Source of the DNA: Eledone cirrhosa
Taxonomy: Eukaryota
Assembly: GCA_964016885.1 (NCBI GenBank)
Contig: OZ024765.1
Location: 7,502,001 to 7,566,000, forward strand
Reading direction: 5' to 3'
Length of the DNA: 64,000 nucleotides
Shown: one piece after another, positions 42,898 through 53,759 of the stretch
How positions within the stretch are numbered: the stretch's first letter is position 1
Layout of the letters: every line of letters begins with the position of its first letter
Translations under genes and position numbers: made by a program
The notes under the pieces: generated by a model
The model's input: only the letters and a program-made list of their open reading frames with translations
What the model was told of the DNA's origin: nothing
Database searches by the model: none

Positions 42898-44310
42898 GAG
42901 AGAGTAATTCGTTTTCAAATATGAAAACAGATAAAGGAAGGTGAAGAAGTTATTACAGCTCTAAATATGAGATTTATTACAATAAACTATTCAGAAGGCT
43001 ACATACAGTTTTTTAAAAAGCAAGAATTCCTAGTATGAAAGTTTATGTATATGCGTAGAGCATATTTTCAATGTATATATATATACAGGGTGTGGACGAT
43101 ATTTGTTCAAAATTTTCAACTGCTAATTTTATGCAAATTTTTTTTTACTTCCGTTGTCACTCTTGTCTTCATAAAAACAGTGACTATATTTCCATTATTT
43201 ATTTTCAGAATAATTGATTATGAATAATTTTGAACCTCCAAATTTGTGGAAGAGACACGGAGTCCTTCTTGGAATCCGCACCGGGAGGACAAATAAGGAC
43301 CAGAAGATCAACTCCCAGAACAACAGGTGGCTCGCTGTCTCATCCAAAGACGTGCCCAGGGTCATGCAGACAAAGTTTCCAGTGACAACATTGGTCTTAG
43401 GTGTCGTCAGCAGTCAAGGTGACGTCATGCCACCTCACTTCTTCCTTGAGGGCCTCAAGCTGAACACCGATGGCTACATCCGCGTTCTGAGCGAGGTAGT
43501 AAAGCCCTGGATCGACCAGGTAGCTGCAGGTAGGCCATACGTGTGGCAGCAAGACTCAGCACCCTGCCATACCAACCGAAAGGCTCAAGCCTGGCTGTCA
43601 GAGAACTTCGTCGACCACACTTCACCTGACATCTGGCCTCCCAGCTCGCCTGACTGCAACCCCCTCGACTTCTTTGTGTGGGGTGCAGTGGAACGAGACA
43701 CCAACAGATCTAGCTGCAATACGAAAGACGATCTAAAGGCCAGGATCACAAGTGCCTTTAGGGGCCTAAGTCAGGGGACAGTGATGAAGGCCTGTAGCCG
43801 GTTCCGAGGCCATCATCAAAGCCAATGGCGGGTTTATTGAGTGAGATCGAAAGAACAAGTCATGAAGACAAACTGACCCAAGTTTGATAAATATATCTTA
43901 AAAAATAAAACTACTGTCTTATTTTTTCCTAGACAGTAATCTTGCGAACAAATATCGTCCGCACCCTGTATAATAGATAAGAGAGACAGTTTTATGCCTA
44001 CATCTTCATTTGATTATCTAATTCCATTATACATATTTCAAAGATGCAAAGGTAGTTATATAATAATGTGTTGTTAACTTCACTGTCAATATATATATAG
44101 AGGGTGGCCCAAAAGTCATATAGGAGTCTCATGGCTGCCATTTGAAAGATGTAATTTTTCATAAGTAATGAAGAGGTGTGACAAGGATTGACGAGTGCAA
44201 AATAATTTCCATTATGTCCTTTAAGTTGTATCAAAGTTTCATACATCAATCTGTACAATTCGGGAAGTTAATAAAAACTAAAACCCCTGTGTGACTTTTG
44301 GACCACCCTA

Positions 44311-44392
<82 letters not shown>

Positions 44393-44604
44393 ATTAAATA
44401 AATGGAAAACTATATTTATAAAACCATATTTATTTCATTATATATATTTCGGGGATATCATATATATAATGAAATAAATATGGTTTTATAAATATAGTTT
44501 TCCATTTATTTAATATTGTAAATATACTCCAAGTATTTGTCGAGTGCTTTTATATCAGTTATAAATATTTACTGGTTGTAACCCAACAATTTTAAATATA
44601 ACTT

Positions 44605-44643
<39 letters not shown>

Positions 44644-44905
44644 AGATCAAAAGATGGTTAAAAGAGTTCCATGTATTTTATTATGCGCATTTCAAAAACA
44701 AATATCATCATGCGATGACATTTGCGTTTTCGTCAGATAAAATAGGGAGACATGATATGAAGGTTAAAAAACACTTGTGAATAGTGCAGTTTTAAATCAA
44801 CCATCTTTTGATCTTATATTATTTATACTCCAGTCCTACAAACTGTAGAGTGCTACTTGTCCGATATCTGCATTGCTTTATTGTACTACAATAAAACTCA
44901 CCTCC

Positions 44906-44938
<33 letters not shown>

Positions 44939-45127
44939 CGAAGGAAATGTGGTAAGGAACCGGGTGGACCATAACGCACCAAAGTACTCAATACTTAGAG
45001 TAGTAGAGTGGGTAATAGGAACGAGTAAGACCCCGACGGCTGAGCTCAAGCCATTTCAACGGCTAATTCTGTCCCCAGAATTAGCCGTCGAAACGGCTTG
45101 AGCTCAGCCGTCAGGGTCCTACTCGTT

Positions 45128-45166
<39 letters not shown>

Positions 45167-48100
45167 TCCATTTATTTAATATCATTGAATTAGTCCAGTA
45201 AATTGTTGAGTGCTCTAAATCAGTTATAAACATTTATGTTTGTCGGACTTCCAACAAATTAAATACAACTTCTACTCATATATATATATATATAATATTC
45301 ACACACATATATATGTATATATTATATACAGACACATATATATGTATATATTATATACAGACACATATATATGTATATATATATGTCTGTGTTCTCCACA
45401 CAAGCACACACACACATAATATTTTATATGTATATATATTAACACAGGCATTATTTCGAGAGAAAACCATGAATCTAGAAGGGCCGCTCATTGAAGACAA
45501 GACCATACTGGAGTCACTGCTGGCATGTAACCGTAATGTGCAAAAGAACCAACAGATTATTGATGACACCTGCTCTAATGATGACAGACAGCTGAAAGTG
45601 TTGTGTCAACCATACGTCCCCATGGTGAAGCAAGCTGCAACAATCTATGCTGCATTTGAACTCCTTCCCTCGTTGCAGTCATGTTATTATGTGTCCTTTG
45701 ATATGTTCCTCAAACTGTTTATTGAAGCAATACACAGCAGCGACCGAGGTAAGAACGACCTACCTGTCTATCTAGCTATCTAACGCATTCGTACACTGCC
45801 CGGGCGTTACCGACCTGTGGGGCTATGTAGAACGACTAATGTCGCGAGTGGGACCAATCCGGTTGACCACCGAGTCCATTGCCATGATCAAACCGCCACC
45901 CTCCTTCAAAAACGAAGGAGAGGCGGTTTTCCTTTGTGTGATAGCTATGGTGAAAGAGGTTGTATGGTGGATGAGGTTAAAAGGGCTGAGGTCAGACACC
46001 TTTCTCTCCGGCCAACAACTGATTCTTTTTTTCAAATACCACTTTGGAAGAAGAATCAGGATGGAGAGAGAGGTGCTGTACCCCAGCAAGTTTTATGAAA
46101 GGTGGGTGAAAGTGGCGAGAATGGCCCGAGTGAATGGGCCTTCTCTCTATATCAGCCTGTAGGTTGAGGAAAAGGAGTACAAACTCTTCGTACTCCTGGA
46201 GATGAAGGTTTCACATTTTTTCGGGGGTATGTGTTACCCATATAAACTGTCTCCCCCTATTGGGGAAAATCGACTAATTTTTTAAATTGCATTTGTGATA
46301 ACATTTTACACGTTTTTATTGTATGTAAACTTCCCCCTTTGTATTTGTCCCCTTTCTTTGTGCCCCTGTGGCTAATAAAGAAACATGTCTATCTGTTTGT
46401 CTGTCTGTCTGTCTGTTTGTCTATCTAACTACCTGTCTGAAGGGCAGTTCGGGGTGAGGGTGTTATATGAGACCGGGAGATTGTAGTTTGATGAAATGAG
46501 TGGAAGTGGTAGTGGTGGTGATGGTGATGACGGGGGGGTGATGGTGATGACAATGACATCAATGATGACGGGGGGGGGGTAAATGATGATGACGAGGAGT
46601 GGTGGGGGGTGATGATGATGATGATGATAGTGGTGATGACAATGATGATGACGAGGGGGGGGGGGGTGACGATGACAGTGATGATGATGATGACAATTTC
46701 TCTTGTTCTCATGTGTTCCTCCCCCTCCCGCAGGTTTTTCTATCTTGGAACTGAAATTAAGGGCCCACGAGCTGTCAGCAGTCACAACATCGACCTTATT
46801 CCAACACCTGGCCACCATGATGTCTGGCCCCCACCTCAGCTTGTTCTACCTGCTTGTCGTGTTGGAAATGCTGTACCAGTCCGGTGCAGCGTCCGACGAG
46901 GAGATCGGTGTCTTCCTACACGAGTTCAACTTGCAAATGGAAAGTTCCGTGGACCTGGAGAAGATGGTCCCTGATAAACCTGCCTGGATTTCACAAGAGG
47001 TCAGTTGTTTGCTTGGTTGGTTGCTTGGTCAGTTGGCTGTTTGCTTGGTTGGTTGGCTTGTTGGTTGCTTGGTCAGTTGGCTGGTTGCTTGGTTGCTTGG
47101 TTAGTTGTTTGGTTGATTGGTTACTTGGTCAATTGGTTGGTTGCTTGGTCAGTTGGTTGTTTGCTTGGTCAGTTGGCTTGTCGGTTGCTTGGTCAGTTGG
47201 CTGGTTGCTTGGTTGCTTGGTTAGTTGTTTGGTTGATTGGTTACTTGGTCAATTGGTTGGTTGCTTGGTCAATTGGCTGGTTGCTTGGTCAGTTGGTTGT
47301 TTGCTTGGTTGGTTGGCTTGTTGGTTGCTTGGTCAGTTGGCTGGCTGCTTGGTTAGTTGTTTGGTTGATTGGTTACTTGGTCAATTGGTTGGTTGCTTGG
47401 TCAGTTGGTTGTTTGCTTGGTCAGTTGGCTTGTTGGTTGCTTGGTCAGTTGGCTGGCTGCTTGGTTGCTTGGTTAGTTGTTTGGTTGATTGGTTACTTGG
47501 TCAATTGGTTGGTTGCTTGGTCAGTTGGTTGTTTGCTTGGTCAGTTGGCTTGTTTGCTTGGTCAGTTGGCTTGTTGGTTGCTTGGTCAGTTGGCTGGCTG
47601 CTTGCTTAGTTGCTTGGTCGGTTGATAGGTTCTTTGGTTGCTTAGTTGTTTGTTTGCTTGGTTGGTTGCTTGGTCAGTTGCCTGGTTGGTTCCTTGGTTG
47701 GTTGTTTGCTTGCTTTGTTAGTTGTTTGGTTGGTTGCTTGCTTTGTTAGTTATTTGGTTGCCTGGTTGTTTGGTTGGTGGTGGTGTTGCTTTATAGGGGT
47801 TCCAGAAAACTATTAAGATGGCCCTTGTTATTTCTATTTCAGAATTGGATAAAATGTTTCCTCTTAGAGAATTCCCTTGATGCCTTCTTTAATCTTCATC
47901 AGTATTTAACCTCTGACCTTGCTGACCAAAACTGGCCGGAATATTTTAAGGTAAGTGATCCTTAACCCTTTCATTACCATATTTCTAATGAAAGACACTG
48001 TCTATGTCTTTAACCCTTTCATTACCATATTTCTAATGAAAGACACTGTCTATGTCTTTAACCCTTTCGTTACCATATTTCTAATGAAAGACACTGTCTA

Positions 48101-51100
48101 TGTCTTTAACCCTTTCATTACCATATTTCTAATGAAAGACACTGTCTATGTCATTAACCCTTCCATTACCATATTTCTAATGAAAGACACTGTCTATGTC
48201 ATTAACCCTTTCATTACCATATTTCTAATGAAAGATATTGTCTATTCATCACCATCATCACCATCACCACCAGCACCATCACCACCACCACCACCATCAC
48301 CATCACTATCATCATCATCATCATCAAAAGTTACCGATAACTTAAAGTAAAATATTACAAGGTTGTGTGTTTATTGTTGTATTTCCTCCGTGTTGTAGAA
48401 TCCTGGCAGTGTTGTGAATGAAGTTCCCGAAGAAGGCCTCCATCACTTGACAATCTTCCAGAGGGTGATACTATGGAAGTTCTGTTGTCCTGAAAAGGTA
48501 AGATGACACTTTGTTACACTTGTAACAACATATATGTGCCTGTATCATTTGCACACAGGTGCCAGCCAAAAACCACCTTAACCCTTTAGTATTTGAACCA
48601 ACCACATCTGACCAGAACTCTCTCACCTCTTTCTTTTCAAACCGGCTATAACTGGCCACTCATACTTATGTTAACATATTGTTCTCAAAATAAATAATAT
48701 CAAAATCTCATGGATTCGATATTATGTGAGATAATTATGTGAGGTAAAGCCTTTACTGTGAAAATATAATAGTAAATATAGAGTCATGTAAATGCTAAAG
48801 GGTTAAATCGAAGAAAAGTTTCCTAAGGAGCATCACGCCCCTTGGAACATCAAGCAAATGTTGTGAAAGGGTCACTCGCTGGGAAGAAAAACTTAACAAC
48901 CTCCTATCAGTAACAACAATGGAGTTAAAGGTGAGCGAGGCACTGCCCCAATGGAGCAGATACAAACTATGCAGCGTGGAAATGCCTAAACAGACTTAGA
49001 TCTGGTGTTGGTTGTGCAAAAGTCACTCATGCAAAATGGGGATATTTAAAGGACAGGGACGTTGTGTGTGACTGTGGTATCAAACCACAGACTACACAAC
49101 CCCTCTTGATATGCCCCCTGCTGGACAACCCCTGCAAAGCATTGGACTTGGCAGAGTTTAATGAGAAAGTAAAGCAATGTGTTCAGCTGTGAGAGAACCA
49201 CATCTAGCCAAGCTTTGTAACTGACACTCTTGTCGACATAACAAGAAGGAAAATCACACACACATATATGGTATAGCTGGCATTGTCACCATCATCATCA
49301 TCATCATCATCATCATTGTCATGATCACCACAACCATCACCATCGTCACCACCATCATCAAAAGTTCCGCCATCTGGCAACTGACTTGTTAAACACCCAC
49401 AAGATTATTAACCATCTTTCCAACAACAACTCTGGGCACCTTTTTTAACTCCATATGTCTAACACCCATGGACTTGCCTACAAAATCAGAAAACAGTACA
49501 GCTCCCATGACTTTTCACACTCACAGTTACTGAAACATGGAACAAACTACCTGCATCAGTTGTTAGCTGTCTAGACACTGCATCCTTTAAAACCTCCATG
49601 GAACAAACTACCTGCATCAGTTGTTAGCTGCCGAGACACTGCATCCTTTAAAACCTCCATGGAACAAACTACCTGCATCAGTTGTTAGCTGTCGAGACAC
49701 TGCATCCTTTAAAACTTCCATGAAACAAACTACCTGCATCAGTTGTTAGCTGTCGAGACACTGCATCCTTTAAAACCTCCATGGAACAAACTACCTGCAT
49801 CAGTTGTTAGCTGTCGAGACACTGCATCCTTCAAAGCTTCCATACTTCCTAAAATTCGCCAACTCCACATTTGATATCCCCTCCCCTCCGTACACACGCA
49901 CACATGTATCTGTGTGTATATCATGACTCATACACTGTTGACTTTCCTGACACTTGTACATTTTTCTATGTACTATACATGCACCTTTGATGAGTTGTAG
50001 TGCAGCTGAGCACTGTACACAGTAATTTCCATTATTTATCATCACCATCAACATCAAACACAATCATCATCATCATCATCACCTAATGATGTAGTGATGT
50101 AGCAACTGTTTTTATCTTTCTTTCCTTCCACCCTCCTCCTCCACCATCACCATGTGGTGACAGTTCAGTGAAGTGTGCCACACTCTGGTGGTCAGCGAGC
50201 TGGGTCATGTGATACCAACCAAGGTGAATTACGACATCCGCACAATCTACAAGCATACAAACATGTCTTGCCCTGCTCTCTTCCTGCTGCCAGGCCCTCT
50301 TGAATCCAGGAACCCCGATGGTTCTGAAGGTAAGGACCAGAAATCATTTCATACCCTATTTGACAGCTTATAAGACACACTTCAGTTTGGGTAGACATTT
50401 GAAAAAAAAAAAAAATGGGTTTAACACTTTAGCATTTAACCCTTTAACATATACATTACTCTATATTTACTATTGTATTTTTATGGTAAAGGCTTTATCT
50501 CTCATAATTATCTCACATAATATTGAATCTATGAGATTTTGATGTTATTTATTTTGAGAACAATACCTTAACATAAGTATGAGCAGCTGGCTATGGCTGA
50601 TTTGAACAGAAACGGGTGAGAGAATTCTGGCCGGATACGGCCAGTTTAAATGCTAAAGGGTTAAACCAGCCATATCCGGCTAGAATTCTCTCACCTCTTT
50701 CTATTCAAACTGGCTTTAACCGGCAGCTCATACTGATGTTAAGGTATTGTTCTCAAAATAAATAACATCAAAATCTCATAGATTCGATATTATGTGAGAT
50801 AATTATGAGAGATAAAGCCTTTACCATGAAAATATAATAGTATATATAGAGTAATGTAATGCTAAAGGGTTAAGGGCCACTGCAGCACTACAACTCCACT
50901 TGCCAGTAACACAAACTGACCCTTGACTTAATAAATGTTCTGTGTTGTTCTAGTTGGTGTTGGGTGGATGTAGCAGCATTTTTAAACTGGCCATATCCAG
51001 CCAGAATACTCTCACCTCTTTCTGTTCAAACTGGCTGTAACTAGCCAGTCATACTTATGTTAACATATTGTTCTCAAATAAATAATTGTTTCTACTTTTG

Positions 51101-53576
51101 GCACAAGGCCAGCAATTATCCCAGTACATTACTGGTACTTTATTTTATCGACCTCGTAAGGATGAAAGGCAAAGTTAACCTCGGCGGGATTTGAACTCAG
51201 AATGGCAAGGGCCGTAACTCCATGCGTCAAAGCATGGCGTCCGATAGCGAAGGGCCATAACTCTTTGCTGCAAAGCATGGCATCCGATGCTCTACCGATA
51301 CTGCCAAACCACCGCCATGTTTATTCTCAAAATAAATAATATCAAAATCTCACAGATTCGATATTATGTGAGATAAAGCCTTTACCATAAAAATATAATA
51401 GTATAAGGGTTAATCACTAAATTCTGTTAAACTGTCTGTCTGTCTGTCTCTATTTTGTACTCCTGAAGAAGGGCTTAAGCCCGATACATCGAACTTTCTT
51501 TCCCCTTTCCAATAAGACTTTGTACCTCTGTTGTCTCTTTGAACTACATATAAATATATACAAGGTGCTGACGATATTTGTTCGCAATTTTCAATTGCTA
51601 ATTTTATGCACATTTTTTTTACTTCCGTTGTCACTCTTGTCTTCATAAAATCAGTGACTATATTTCCATTATTTATTTTTAGAATAATTGATTATGAATA
51701 ATTTTGAACCTTCAAATTTGTGGAAGAGACACGGAGTTCTTCTTGGAATCCGCGCCGGGAGGACAAATAAGACCAGAAGATCAACTTCCAGAACAATAGG
51801 TGGCTCGCTGTCTCATCCAAAGGCGTGCTCAGAGTCATGCAGACAAAGTTTCCAGCGACAACATTGGTCTTAGGTGTCGTCAGCAGTCAAGGTGACGTCA
51901 TGCCACCTCACTTCTTCCCTGAGGGCCTCAAGCTGAACACCGATGGCTACATCCGCATTCTGAGCGAGGTAGTAAAGCCCTGGATCGACCAGGTCGCTGC
52001 AGGTAGGCCATACGTGTGGCAGCAAGACTCAGCGCCCTGCCATACCAGCCGAAAGACCCAAGCCTGGCTGTCAGAGAACTTCGTCGACCACACTTCACCT
52101 GACATCTGGCCCCCCAGCTCGCCTGACTGCAACCCCTCGACTTCTTTGTGTGGGGCGCAGTGGAAAAAGACACCAACAGATCTAGCTGCAATACGAAAGA
52201 CGATCTGAAGGCCAGGATCACAAGTCCCTTTAGGGGCCTAAGTCGGGGGACAGTGACGAAGGCCTGTAGCCGGTTCCGAGGCCACCTTGAGGCCGTCGTC
52301 AAAGCCAATGGCGGGTTTATCGAGTGAGATCGAAAGAACAAGTCATGAAGACAAACTGACCCAAGTTTTATAAATATATCTTAAAAAATAAAACTACTGT
52401 GTTATTTTTTCCTAGACAGTAATCTTGCTAACAAATATCGTCCGCACCCTGTATATATATATATATATATATATGTATATACATATAAAAAGAGAAAGAT
52501 AGAACAAGGTTCTTATACCTTACAACTGTTTTGGCGTTGCCAAGATGAAATAAAATCGTGCAAAGGAAATTGGCAAAACCTCTTTAGAGGTAAAAAGTTG
52601 AGCTCTCTAGCGAAAACTGCAAGTCACTGGAAGTTAGATTTTAATATATACCGTATTTCCCAGCACTGAAGGTGCTTCCTCTTCAAGAACGCACCCTAAT
52701 TTTGACAACCAAAACTTGGAAAAAATAATAAACAACCTTCGGCCTCCAGGACACACAGTAGATTTTTGAGACTTATTTTAGGGAAGAATTAGCATCTTCG
52801 GCGCCGGGTAATATGGTATATGTATAGGTTGTGGTGCTGAAACCAAGGAGAACACAAATCAGGGAAGTACTGTCAGTATGGGAAGAAGTAGAGTAGGTAT
52901 ATAGGAAGGTAGAACCAACAGCAATGTATGTGTATCTGTGCCTGTGTGTGTGTGTATGTCTGTCTGTGTGTGTGTGTGTATGTCTGTGTGTGTCTGTCTG
53001 TGTGTACCTGTGTGTGTGTGTGTGTCTGTCTGTCTGTGTGTACCTGTGTGTGTATGTCTGTCTGTGTGTGTGTGTGTATGTCTGTCTGTCTGTGTGTACC
53101 TGTGTGTGTATGTCTGTGTGTGTGCGTGTGTATGTATGTCTGTGTGTGTGTGTATGTCTGTCTGTGTGTGTGTGTATGTCTGTCTGTCTGTGTGTACCTG
53201 TGTGTGTATGTATGTCTGTGTGTACCTGTGTGTGTATGTCTGTGTGTGTGCGTGTGTGTATGTATGTGTGTGCGTGTGTGTATGTATGTCTGTGTGTGTG
53301 TGTGTGTGTGTCTGTCTGTCTGTCTGTGTGTGTGTATGTCTGTCTGTCTGTGTGTACCTGTGTGTGTATGTCTGTGTGTGTGCGTGTGTGTATGTATGTC
53401 TGTGTGTGTGTGTATGTCTGTGTGTGTGTGTGTGTCTGTCTGTCTGTGTGTGTGTGTATGTCTGTGTGTGCATGTGTGTGTATGTCTGTGTGTGTGTGTG
53501 TATGTCTGTGTGTGTGCGTGTGTGTGTATGTATGTCTGTGTGTGTGTGTCTGTGTGTGTGTGTGTGTGTGTATGTC

Positions 53577-53612
<36 letters not shown>

Positions 53613-53717
53613 CCGTTCACTGCAAGATACCAATATCTGGAGATTAAGGAAGAAATGTATTTATTCCAAAGAGTTAAACAACATTCTTCTCTGTCTGTTA
53701 CTGGTGCCAGAGAGAGA

Positions 53718-53759
<42 letters not shown>

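Noticed and set aside
43214-43840. Functional or domesticated transposase gene
   Set aside because: It lacks the DNA-binding domain and first catalytic Asp, has a 3' deletion, and its sister copy is frameshifted.
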